Origin: a virus | Lineage: Duplodnaviria; Caudoviricetes | IMG/VR virus record: IMGVR_UViG_3300012931_000052 | Coordinates: 1-36,119 of that record | Length of the DNA stretch: 36,119 nucleotides | Reading direction: 5' to 3' (one strand) | Shown: piece by piece, positions 8,678-17,396 of the stretch | Layout of the letters: each line of letters starts with the position of its first letter | Numbering within the stretch: the first letter of the stretch is position 1 | The notes under the pieces: model-generated | Database searches by the model: none | The model's input: only the letters and a program-made list of their open reading frames with translations | What the model was told of the DNA's origin: nothing | Made by a program: the position numbers and the translations under genes

Positions 8678-10282
8678 ATGATGAGAGAAATTAAAGGAAA
8701 GGCACCAAGGGTTTCTGACAAGAGACAAACCGGAAATGCTGACTGCGTACTTGCTCAGTTTGCAGAAAATCTTATTCCGGTCGTGGAGGAGAGCATTCAC
8801 GCAGTCAAGTGTTATGACAGGATTGAGTCTGCTGATAATCTGGCACGAGATACGATATACGTAGATTGTCATGGTACCATTAATGTAATAGTAATGGACC
8901 AATTCAACGTGAACATTCCAGAAGATTTGCCAACGATGCCTGATGGACTTTTCGAACACCTATCAAGACCCATAGAAGAGACTGAACTGTACTTTATGTC
9001 CAATATGACAGTGAGAACAGGCTCATCAGGACTACCGGCAAAAGTCGCAAAGATCAATAATCATGTAGTGGGTTATTACCTTCCAGACCTTAATAGCTGG
9101 GTAACAACCAATTGGACCTGGCACATCCAGTATATGACCGTGGTCTTGGCATATGCTTGGCCAAAGTTCATTGAAGGTTTTGGAATCAGTTTGGGTAATA
9201 ATTCCCTTGCTTCTGAAAAGAAAGGAGAAAAGGTCAAGAAAATAGAGGTCACCATTGGTTGTGATCCCGAGTTTGAGACCCTAAAGAATGGCAAGGTAGT
9301 ACGAGCTGACACCATCATAAATAGAGATAATGCAGTTACACCTACTGCTGAAATCGGGCTCGATGGGCAGCGAGCTCAAGTGGAAGTTCGTCCAAAACCG
9401 TCTAGTAACCCTGGTAAAGTTGTAAAGAATATCAGAGACCTCATGAAGAAGTTTGCAAAGGACTACAGCAGTGTTGACCTTACTGACAAGGGTAATAACT
9501 ATCCATTAGGTGGTCACATTCATGTTGGTATTGGACAGCGAATTGAAGTTGACCGAGAACTTGGTATGATTCTGGATGACTTTATTGGACGGCCTACCAT
9601 AAATTTGAGTGGTAGTGCTAGGGAAGGTTATAAGAGATTGGCTTCCCAGAGTTCTGAGGCGATCCGGTCCCAGCCACATGGATTTGAATATAGGTCTACT
9701 CCGGCTGCGGTCTTCCAGAATCCCCGGATTGCTTATATTGTGTTTAAGCTTGCGAAAAATTTGTCTGAGAAATACTTCAATCAGGAGACTATTAAGTATG
9801 AAGAGAGACCAACCATCCAGAACTACATAGATGTCGGTGGACTCACGGAAAAACAAGCCACATATTTCATGAAGTTTATCGAGGATTATAAGCCAGAAGT
9901 TTCCCTACGATCTGCCTGGAAGGTAGAAGCAGCGCCAGTGGATCTTACCTTTCAAAATAATATTACTGTGGAGTTTCATGATGAATGGGATCCAATTGTA
10001 TCAAGGGCATTGCAGGAAAGCATTCAGGATGCGGTTATGTCGAATAGGCCTGTAGTTGTTTCGTTCTATGGCCTGAACGAGGACCGAGGAACTGATATTT
10101 GTACACTGCCTTGCTCTGGCTTTAATACAATGTTTGATAATATACCAAAACCCTATATGTCATCAGGGAATGTTCTGAATATTGGTGTGTCAAGGAATAG
10201 AAGAATGGACATGGGTAGTGCTAGAGTAAGGACACTGACAGACACCGTGAGAAATGCCGTCACTAACTTAATGGGAGAATAA
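8678..10282 (+). CDS. phiEco32-like COOH-NH2 ligase type 2 (glutamine-synthetase-like amidoligase), paralog 1
   Basis: IGCDPEF, GLDG...VEVRP, LGGHIHVG and QPHGFEYRS motifs. Confidence 0.85.
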   Translation: MMREIKGKAPRVSDKRQTGNADCVLAQFAENLIPVVEESIHAVKCYDRIESADNLARDTIYVDCHGTINVIVMDQFNVNIPEDLPTMPDGLFEHLSRPIEETELYFMSNMTVRTGSSGLPAKVAKINNHVVGYYLPDLNSWVTTNWTWHIQYMTVVLAYAWPKFIEGFGISLGNNSLASEKKGEKVKKIEVTIGCDPEFETLKNGKVVRADTIINRDNAVTPTAEIGLDGQRAQVEVRPKPSSNPGKVVKNIRDLMKKFAKDYSSVDLTDKGNNYPLGGHIHVGIGQRIEVDRELGMILDDFIGRPTINLSGSAREGYKRLASQSSEAIRSQPHGFEYRSTPAAVFQNPRIAYIVFKLAKNLSEKYFNQETIKYEERPTIQNYIDVGGLTEKQATYFMKFIEDYKPEVSLRSAWKVEAAPVDLTFQNNITVEFHDEWDPIVSRALQESIQDAVMSNRPVVVSFYGLNEDRGTDICTLPCSGFNTMFDNIPKPYMSSGNVLNIGVSRNRRMDMGSARVRTLTDTVRNAVTNLMGE

Positions 10283-10284
10283 AC

Positions 10285-11805
10285 ATGAGAAAACAACTGG
10301 TTGGAAAACATCCAACTATTTCTTCGAATAACCATCACTTGATGGAATGTGCTGCCGACATACTTGAGGATGTTAGTCCTTACTTCAATGCATTAAGATC
10401 GCACTATGATGTGACTTGTGGCTTACAAGAAAACGTAATGTATACCTATCCAACAGTGGACTTGCGTATCAAGATAATTGGAGAAATTGATATAACTGGC
10501 GTTAATGTTCATGACACCATGTTTTATGAGCATAGCAGAATGGATTCTCATGTCAGTGATAGATATTCAGAACCAGCTATCAAGATCAACGTAAATGGTT
10601 ACTTTGCTGGGTGGTACCTGCCAAGAATCAATGTGATTTGTGCTGCAGACTGGACACACGGTTCGGGAACAGTGAGTACGTTCAGACAAGTTTGGCCAAA
10701 ATTGATAACTCTCCTGGATTTGAAAATACTACCAGAAGAAAAAAGAATAAAGGAAGAAAAAATCAAGATTGACAAGATCACCATGGGTTGTGATCCGGAG
10801 TTCGAGCTTGTTAATGGGCAAGGCGACGTAATTTATGCCGGCATGCATATAGTTAGTGACGAAGATGGTAATGGTAATAACCTCGGAGTAGATGGCGCAG
10901 ATGATCAAGTAGAGTTGAGGCCCAGAGCAGGTGATCCTAGACAAGTCGTAAGCAACATCAAGAAGTTGTTCAAGATGTTTTCCGAGCAGTACGGTGAGTA
11001 CAAGCTCAGCGACGAAGGTGACGAATATCCATTAGGTGGTCATATTCATGTAGGTATTGGTAGAAGGTGGAGACCTGATAGTGGTTTAGCCCACCTGCTG
11101 GATGACTTTGTAGGTAGGGCCGTAATCAACCTATCAGGCGAAGCACGAGATGACTATAAGAGGCTGGCTTCTCAGTCTTTGGATGCCATCAGGATTCAAC
11201 CACATGGATTTGAATATAGGAGCCCGCCATCAGCAGTTTTCCAGAATCCTGCCATAACGTATATTACATTAACCCTAGTGAAAAACCTCTGTGAAAAGTA
11301 TTTCCAAGAAGTGCCTTTGGAATATGATAGCAGACCTACTCTCGAAGACTATATGAATGTGGGAGGACTTACCAAACAGCAAGCAAAATACTTTATGAAG
11401 TTTATCGAGGAGTATGAACCAACTAAAAATATAACGGCTAATTGGCACATAACACCGAGTAAGTCTTTTGAACCTGCTACAATCACGGTTATCTTCAGTG
11501 ATAAGTGGCATCCACTTGTAAAAGAATGGATCAATAGGTTTATAAAGGAAAAAGTTAAAGTTAGTTTGCCCATAATCATTAAGTTGCATGGCTTAGGAGA
11601 AAGAAGAGGGCGTAACCTATGCACAATACCGACTGGCAGGACAGCCTTAGTGGAGGATATTCCGCATAAGGTCTGGAATGCGTCTACAAGAACATTACAG
11701 ATTGGTCTGTCGTATAATAGGCGTACAATGGATGGATATAATAATTTATTCGGTATTGCATTTGTAAATGCAATTAGTAAGTACATAAAGGAAAACTGCA
11801 GGTGA
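10285..11805 (+). CDS. phiEco32-like COOH-NH2 ligase type 2, paralog 2
   Basis: MGCDPEF, GVDG...VELRP, LGGHIHVG and QPHGFEYRS motifs; aligns by eye with paralog 1 over most of its length. Confidence 0.85.
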   Translation: MRKQLVGKHPTISSNNHHLMECAADILEDVSPYFNALRSHYDVTCGLQENVMYTYPTVDLRIKIIGEIDITGVNVHDTMFYEHSRMDSHVSDRYSEPAIKINVNGYFAGWYLPRINVICAADWTHGSGTVSTFRQVWPKLITLLDLKILPEEKRIKEEKIKIDKITMGCDPEFELVNGQGDVIYAGMHIVSDEDGNGNNLGVDGADDQVELRPRAGDPRQVVSNIKKLFKMFSEQYGEYKLSDEGDEYPLGGHIHVGIGRRWRPDSGLAHLLDDFVGRAVINLSGEARDDYKRLASQSLDAIRIQPHGFEYRSPPSAVFQNPAITYITLTLVKNLCEKYFQEVPLEYDSRPTLEDYMNVGGLTKQQAKYFMKFIEEYEPTKNITANWHITPSKSFEPATITVIFSDKWHPLVKEWINRFIKEKVKVSLPIIIKLHGLGERRGRNLCTIPTGRTALVEDIPHKVWNASTRTLQIGLSYNRRTMDGYNNLFGIAFVNAISKYIKENCR

Positions 11806-11810
11806 AATTA

Positions 11811-12509
11811 ATGTGTATTATAGCGATTTGTAAGGATCGACCGTTAAGTGCTTGGGAAATTCATAACTGCTTCACGAATAATAGTGACGGCGTAGGCTTT
11901 GCCTATGCACGGGGCGATAAGGTCACGATAAATAAGGGTTATATGACCGAGGAAGCATTCGTTAAGGCCTATGAAGACGTGAATATCTTACCACATGTCG
12001 TGCATTTCAGGACAACGACTAGTGGAGGCGTTAGTCAGGAGCTTTGTCATCCATTTGTTGTGGATGAGCATAGCGAACTTGTTGTCCAAGATGAAGTTGA
12101 GCAACCTGTGCTCTTCCATAATGGGGTGATCTTTGATTGGATGACCCTGACTATGAATATGGTCACATCGGGACAAATCGAGATGCCTAAAGGTCCCATG
12201 AACGACACCAGGATGGCTGCAATTATGGTCGCGACTCTAGGCGATGAAGTCCTGAACTTGCTAAGCGGTAAGTTTGTCCTAGTGGATCCATCTGGAGTAA
12301 TTACAAGATGGGGCTCCTTTGAGAATGAACGTGGCATCCTATTCTCAAATGATGGGTATAAGAGAGTAAGTTATGTATATACCAACAAGAACGCGGGTAA
12401 GTGCAAGGGAGGTGTCGGAACGCACAAAGCCTATAATGATTTCCTGGACAAGTATTATGATGAAGATACTCCGAATAGGAGTTTACCAGGTGGAGGAATG
12501 TGTGAATAA
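11811..12509 (+). CDS. Class II (Ntn) glutamine amidotransferase
   Basis: ATG 11811 after GGTGA gives MCIIAIC (N-terminal nucleophile Cys); NSDGVG, HFRTTTSG, CHPF, HNG and DTR motifs. Confidence 0.88.
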   Translation: MCIIAICKDRPLSAWEIHNCFTNNSDGVGFAYARGDKVTINKGYMTEEAFVKAYEDVNILPHVVHFRTTTSGGVSQELCHPFVVDEHSELVVQDEVEQPVLFHNGVIFDWMTLTMNMVTSGQIEMPKGPMNDTRMAAIMVATLGDEVLNLLSGKFVLVDPSGVITRWGSFENERGILFSNDGYKRVSYVYTNKNAGKCKGGVGTHKAYNDFLDKYYDEDTPNRSLPGGGMCE

Positions 12510-12680
12510 AATCAGAACTAAATTTAACCTTTTTTATAGCATGACTTTATATAGTATTAACACTAATAAGAGTATATGTTAGATTTATGGTGTAAGCGGA
12601 CCTGGAAAGCCAGTGGGAGAAGTGTGTCCGGAATGGAGGTGAAGGTGTACTTTAAAAATAATATTTTTAAAAAAAAGTAT

Positions 12681-12980
12681 TTAATCATTTATTACTAATA
12701 ACCTAGTACCACACATATTGCACTTGTAGTGAGTTCCTATTAACTCGCCTTCAACTCGATCTTCGCTTACTTTGGCGAAGTTTCTTACCGTCCCGTGATA
12801 GTTCTTACTACCTTTGAGACAAATTGGACAACATGGTATTTTGCCACCGTTTTGGTGATCAAACATCGACTGTTCTTGTACTAAGTTACCATCCTCATCT
12901 TTATCGAACATCTTCATTACATTTTCACTAATGGAATTTTGCGTGTATAGTTTTGCTAATTGGTTTAAACTTCCTGTCAT
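12681..12980 (-). CDS. Zinc-ribbon protein in an antisense cassette
   Basis: CPIC...CNMC; GAGGTGA RBS and its own promoter. Confidence 0.6.
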   Translation of the reverse strand: MTGSLNQLAKLYTQNSISENVMKMFDKDEDGNLVQEQSMFDHQNGGKIPCCPICLKGSKNYHGTVRNFAKVSEDRVEGELIGTHYKCNMCGTRLLVIND

Positions 12981-12985
12981 ATTAA

Positions 12986-13031
12986 TTCACCTCACTAACT
13001 ACTAGTACTTCTGAGAATATATAACTTACGG
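12986..13031 (-). promoter_or_regulatory. 46-nt promoter/RBS unit, copy 1
   Basis: Ungapped match to 18281..18326 and 31085..31130; on the minus strand reads BRE-TATA-AGTACTA-GAGGTGAA. Confidence 0.75.
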
Positions 13032-13061
13032 TTGAAAATAAGAAAAGTTTCATAAAAAAGT

Positions 13062-13790
13062 TTAAATACAAAGTTCATGGATCTTGCTGACAAGTAAGTC
13101 TACCTTGCGTGGGACTAATCCAGGAGCACTATTGATCTCAAAGATCGTTGACTTGGTTCCGCTTGGTGTTTGGATAGTAGCGCAATCTACGGCAGCAAGA
13201 TCAAGTCCGCACTGGTTGACGGCATCTCTGGCTGCTCTCTTCAAATCAGTAGGAAGTGATGCAACCCGGACCCACCTAAAGAAACAACCTGCCTGATGGT
13301 TTCTGATGAGGATGTTAGGTGTAGGACATTCTTTCAAACTTGCCTCGATGATCCTATCCTTAAGCAAAAACAACCTAAATTCATCGATTTTTTCAACCTT
13401 TTCCTGGATGTAATGTCCTGCTGGATCGAACCTCCTTAGTTCTTGTGGGGTATTTACAACCCAGAAGAACTTACCCTGAAAATGGGTGTTTTTGCGCACG
13501 ATTACAGGAAACTGGATATCACCTTGTAGGGCTTGGTCCCAGGAGATTAATTTAGGCGTCGGGATATTATGCTCCATAAGGAGTTTCTTGCACCTGGGCT
13601 TGTTAGAAGAGGTCCTAACGGCGTCTAGCCGATTAATAATTGCTCCGTCTTCTGGATCAGGTAGAGATGCGTTTCCATAACGTAAGACTATACCTTCCCC
13701 TCTGATACCTTGTTCACTATAGTCGGTTTGTAATGCTCTAGCTAGTGCTCGACCTGTTGGCCTAGCCTTTCTGCAACCTAATACTGTCAC
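13062..13790 (-). CDS. ATP-grasp ligase (RimK/YheC-like)
   Basis: SNK...IPTP, FPVIVRK..H.QGK, YIQEKV...EFR, IRNH, CGLDLAAVD and FEINSAPGL motifs; GTG start after AGGAG. Confidence 0.88.
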   Translation of the reverse strand: MTVLGCRKARPTGRALARALQTDYSEQGIRGEGIVLRYGNASLPDPEDGAIINRLDAVRTSSNKPRCKKLLMEHNIPTPKLISWDQALQGDIQFPVIVRKNTHFQGKFFWVVNTPQELRRFDPAGHYIQEKVEKIDEFRLFLLKDRIIEASLKECPTPNILIRNHQAGCFFRWVRVASLPTDLKRAARDAVNQCGLDLAAVDCATIQTPSGTKSTIFEINSAPGLVPRKVDLLVSKIHELCI

Positions 13791-13814
13791 TTAATTCACT
13801 CCTACTCGTTACTT

Positions 13815-14156
13815 TCATAGATCAACTATAAATGCATTTAGGTTAAACTTTGTTGCTTGTTTGATCATATTCTGAGTTCCCTGACTATTTGGAAATCGGA
13901 ATGCAACTAGAGCATCTGCATATTTTGCCATTTCTCGGTTTCTGATCGGGCCTGCTGATTTACCATATGTGGTCCACTTAGCAGGAAATTTTACTATTGG
14001 GATGGCGTGTTCCAGTGCCCATCTCTCCCCGAGGGTGTCTGCTCCACTAGCACAGCCTGATACAACTGTCGTGATTTGCCAGGGAACATCTAGCATATGG
14101 CGGCAGAGTAACTCATAGTTCGTGAAGTTTCTTGACCCAGCAATAATTGTTATCAT
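13815..14156 (-). CDS. SLOG-superfamily protein (YspA-related/DUF2493)
   Basis: IIAGSRNF, VVSGCASGAD, FPAKW..YGKSAGPIRNREM and SQGTQNMI motifs. Confidence 0.85.
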   Translation of the reverse strand: MITIIAGSRNFTNYELLCRHMLDVPWQITTVVSGCASGADTLGERWALEHAIPIVKFPAKWTTYGKSAGPIRNREMAKYADALVAFRFPNSQGTQNMIKQATKFNLNAFIVDL

Positions 14157-14204
14157 GTTAAGTTAGTTTTAGTTCTGCTTCGATAAATAGTTTTTGGTAA
14201 GCAT

Positions 14205-14240
14205 ATCGTAAAACACCAAGTTTTACCTTCCAATATGATT
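14205..14240 (+). promoter_or_regulatory. Putative late promoter/activator site, copy 1
   Basis: ATCGTAAAACACcaagTTTTACCTTCCAATATGATT, repeated at 19489 and 31140. Confidence 0.7.
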
Positions 14241-14266
14241 ACTAAATTCAATTAGGGGAATCTTGA

Positions 14267-14425
14267 ATGACTTTTAAGGTCTTATTATCAGACGCACTAG
14301 ATACGGACGGTGATAATATTGTTGACAAAGTTGCTGTAAGAGAAGCAGATTCTCTTCCTACGGCTCCAAGTGATGGCGAAATAATACGATCAGATGGAAA
14401 ATTATACATTGCAATTAATATTTAG
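14267..14425 (+). CDS. Small 52-aa fibre-like protein (absent from the ORF track)
   Basis: MTFKVLLSDALDTDGDNIVDKVAVREADSLPTAPSDGEIIRSDGKLYIAINI; AGGGG RBS; C-terminus resembles that of the next gene. Confidence 0.6.
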   Translation: MTFKVLLSDALDTDGDNIVDKVAVREADSLPTAPSDGEIIRSDGKLYIAINI

Positions 14426-14445
14426 TGAAATTTTGAGGGAATTTT

Positions 14446-14823
14446 ATGGCAGTAACATGGAAAGAAATTGCATATAAAGATGATGTGGCTACGTTGAGTG
14501 ACACTGCTCCTAGTGATATTGGAACTTCTGCAGCAGCAGGAAATGGTACAGCAGCTGCTAGATACAACCACGTACATGCACTAGGATCAGGCACAGTAGA
14601 TGGATCAACAGTTGAACTAAATTCTGGTGCCATCAGGATAAAAGATGGCGGTGTAACTTCGGCTAAATTAGCATCTTGGTCAGCAAATAGGAATTGTGCG
14701 GGTTATCAGGCACTAGATCTGGTTGTCCATCAGTCTTCGTCCGCGCCGGAAACTCCGGTCGTGGGCAAACTATGGCAAGATTCTGATGACCAGAAATTGT
14801 ATATTTGTACGAGCGCGGCTTAA
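14446..14823 (+). CDS. Short fibre/decoration protein
   Basis: AARYNHVH, IRIKDGGVTSAKLA and SSAPETPVVGKLWQD..KLYI motifs, as seen in phage fibres. Confidence 0.6.
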   Translation: MAVTWKEIAYKDDVATLSDTAPSDIGTSAAAGNGTAAARYNHVHALGSGTVDGSTVELNSGAIRIKDGGVTSAKLASWSANRNCAGYQALDLVVHQSSSAPETPVVGKLWQDSDDQKLYICTSAA

Positions 14824-14859
14824 ATTTAAGTCCATTCAGTTTAGAGGCAAGGAAAATCA

Positions 14860-15117
14860 ATGGCAAAGATAGATTTAGAAGCACAAGTCTCCTCTCTCCT
14901 AGCATGGAAGGACCGGCAAGAACAGCAACAGGCCGATCGACTCGTTGAAATGCGAAATACTATTGTAGAGGTATTTTCAGAAAGGCATGCCACCGTAACC
15001 GAGATTCAAACAGTCTTGGAAATGGTCAAACTTGACATGCTATCTGAATTTGTATCCTCTCAGAAAGAGAGGGCTCGAATTGCCGCAAAGGAATATCCTG
15101 CCCAAATCAAGGAGTAG
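14860..15117 (+). CDS. Coiled-coil hypothetical protein, possible fibre chaperone
   Basis: Charged helical 85-aa ORF between fibre-like genes. Confidence 0.5.
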   Translation: MAKIDLEAQVSSLLAWKDRQEQQQADRLVEMRNTIVEVFSERHATVTEIQTVLEMVKLDMLSEFVSSQKERARIAAKEYPAQIKE

Positions 15118-15120
15118 AAC

Positions 15121-15351
15121 ATGACCGCTACGTGGAAAGAGATTCTAAAAGGGGCAATCAGCACCGGAACATCAGAGGGCACTGGGGCAGATCAATCAAT
15201 CGCTCATGGTCTAGGTGCGTCTCCGAATCTAGTTTCCATTGTGCCTACTGCAAGCGGTACATCTGTGACGGCTCTTTATGTCGATTCGACTAATATTCAG
15301 GTGACTGTGACAAGTGGCAAAGCATTTGGCTGGATGGCGGCGGTGCTTTAA
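15121..15351 (+). CDS. Small beta-rich fibre-tip-like protein
   Basis: IAHGLGASP motif; N-terminus MTATWKEI matches that of 14446. Confidence 0.55.
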   Translation: MTATWKEILKGAISTGTSEGTGADQSIAHGLGASPNLVSIVPTASGTSVTALYVDSTNIQVTVTSGKAFGWMAAVL

Positions 15352-15849
15352 GTGGCAGATGTTAAATTGGTTGGAAACGATGATTCTGCTTTCGGATCAT
15401 ACGAGCCAAAAAATTATTTCTATTTACAAAAATTTTCTGCCAACGCAACAGGCACTTTAAAATCTCTCCGAGTTAAAGTGACGGGAAGTTGTAATATCAA
15501 AATAGCTATATATGCAGATTCCAGCGGGGAGCCTGGGAGCTTATTGGCAAGCGCAGGGGCTACGGCGTGCACAAGTGGATGGAATACGATAAACGTATCC
15601 GATGTATCTATAACCAGCGGAACTAATTATTGGATAGGATTTGATTCTGATACCCTATTATATGGGGTGGCGTGTGTCACTAACTCAAGCGGTAAGGTAG
15701 TTAGATCCAAGTCTGCCACATATTCAACTTTTACTTTTCCAGATCCAGCGGGAACTGGATTTAGTACAACAACTAGTCATGATATAGGATTGGCTGGATG
15801 GGGCGAGGAACCAAGCAGTGCTTCTTGGGGCGGAACTTGGGGAGGATAA
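15352..15849 (+). CDS. Beta-sandwich adhesin-like virion protein
   Basis: KIAIYADSSGEPGSLLAS...GWNT...ITSGTNYWIG pattern, similar to DUF4082/choice-of-anchor-R domains. Confidence 0.55.
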   Translation: MADVKLVGNDDSAFGSYEPKNYFYLQKFSANATGTLKSLRVKVTGSCNIKIAIYADSSGEPGSLLASAGATACTSGWNTINVSDVSITSGTNYWIGFDSDTLLYGVACVTNSSGKVVRSKSATYSTFTFPDPAGTGFSTTTSHDIGLAGWGEEPSSASWGGTWGG

Positions 15850-15855
15850 TTAAAA

Positions 15856-16536
15856 ATGACAGAACCATATAGAGTTATAATTACAAATGATGTAGATGGC
15901 GATGAATCTCTTGATCTTGAGTTGGGTCCTACCATCGAAGAATTAGTAGTAGAATCAACACCATTCACTGCATCATATGATACAACGGCGTTTTTCCGGG
16001 TGTTGTATAGATTCATTACTGTGCAGAGTCAAGCGGAATTCACTGCTGGAACAAACGAGGACGCTGATATTCCTTGGGAAAATTATGCTGTTTATCAGGT
16101 ATTGTCCGAGGATGAATGGCCACAATTACTTAATTCTAGGTCAATACCCCTCAGTTATGTTTCAGACGCTCAAAAATACATGGCATATTGTCACTTAATT
16201 GCAGATTATTTTGAAAAAGGAAACCCAGATTGGAGCTTCCGGAGCCAGAGTCAGGCACCCGGTGTTAGTTTTAGCAGAGGAGAAGATACTGGACCAAGAC
16301 TCGCATTAAAAGCCATGCTAGATACAATTGAAAATGCTTATAGAAGATCTGTGGTGAGTGGTGGCCGCGGAGCAGCAATTGTTATCAACCAAATCTCGGA
16401 TGCTAGGAAATATCCAAAACGCTGGAAGCGTTCTGGAATTCCTGCATATGATGGTTCTTCCGAGGGCTATGACTCTGAAGACGTTGAGGATATGGGTGTT
16501 GATTATAATAGCCAAAATGAGAATTCTGCTTGGTGA
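15856..16536 (+). CDS. Putative head-tail adaptor
   Basis: Helical AYCHLIAD followed by the S-x-S...GVSFSR hairpin typical of adaptors; position ahead of the neck genes; GGAGG RBS. Confidence 0.45.
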   Translation: MTEPYRVIITNDVDGDESLDLELGPTIEELVVESTPFTASYDTTAFFRVLYRFITVQSQAEFTAGTNEDADIPWENYAVYQVLSEDEWPQLLNSRSIPLSYVSDAQKYMAYCHLIADYFEKGNPDWSFRSQSQAPGVSFSRGEDTGPRLALKAMLDTIENAYRRSVVSGGRGAAIVINQISDARKYPKRWKRSGIPAYDGSSEGYDSEDVEDMGVDYNSQNENSAW

Positions 16537-17396
16537 TTTTTATTTACACTTTTTTAGGTAAACCTGGTAAAATGTACGAGATGAAATTGAACTATAAATG
16601 TGAATTTAATGGCCAGGATAACAAATGCGAAGGACTGAATCCTGACGATTCCTTACGAGGTCTTATAGATAAGTTCCAAAAACTAACTGATAGTGACTCT
16701 TTTTCTGAAAAACAAAGAAAGGAGTTATCTGATAAATTTTCATTGTTGATTTCTTCTGGAAAACTTAGTGAAAAATCTCAAAGGAAGGCAGAAAGATTCT
16801 TAAAAGTAGTCAGTCGTATTGTACCAAATTCAAAACTTGTTACTACTTCTTCAGAGTCTATTAATATTGTTCCTAAAAAGCAACTTAACGAAAATGATTT
16901 ATATAACATTTCTTCTAAGTTATCTTCGTCTGAAAAAAATACACTATATAAATATACTATTCCTGATTCAGATGAAATAGAAACCTCATTTGAATATGTA
17001 AATAAGTATGCAAATAATATTAGTAATGCTCCGTCTGAAACAAAGAAATCAATAAAGGTTATAGACGATATCATGAATAAATCTATTATACCAGATAAAA
17101 TCCTATTATATAAAGGTGTTTCAGATAGTCGAATATCTAACATTTTGAATTCTGGAAATTATAAACCAGATGGTTTTGTGTCTACTTCCATTGATAAACA
17201 AAAGGCATCAGAATTTGGCGAGAAATATATATTAGAATTAAATATTCCTAAAGGAACAAAAGGTGTATTCCTTGGAGATGAAATGAGTAATGCTCCAGAA
17301 GAAAAGGAAGTATTATTAAACAGAGGATATGTATTTAAGGTTGTTTTGACTAAGAAAGACGGAAATAAGACTATAGTATCGATGAATAGGATGTGA
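16530..17396 (+). CDS. VIP2/Alt-like ADP-ribosyltransferase 1
   Basis: YKYT...YVNKY, LYKG (Arg replaced by Lys), FVSTS, IPKG and EKEVLLNRG motifs; start uncertain, possibly ATT 16542. Confidence 0.85.
   Translation: MVIFIYTFLGKPGKMYEMKLNYKCEFNGQDNKCEGLNPDDSLRGLIDKFQKLTDSDSFSEKQRKELSDKFSLLISSGKLSEKSQRKAERFLKVVSRIVPNSKLVTTSSESINIVPKKQLNENDLYNISSKLSSSEKNTLYKYTIPDSDEIETSFEYVNKYANNISNAPSETKKSIKVIDDIMNKSIIPDKILLYKGVSDSRISNILNSGNYKPDGFVSTSIDKQKASEFGEKYILELNIPKGTKGVFLGDEMSNAPEEKEVLLNRGYVFKVVLTKKDGNKTIVSMNRM

Noticed and set aside
11802-11810. GTG start for the amidotransferase
   Set aside because: Ntn enzymes need Cys at position 2; this GTG is part of the GGTGA RBS for ATG 11811.
15820-15849. C-terminal GG as a ubiquitin-like conjugation tail or ligase substrate
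   Set aside because: The protein is a beta-sandwich adhesin type, not beta-grasp, and no E1 or JAB gene is seen.
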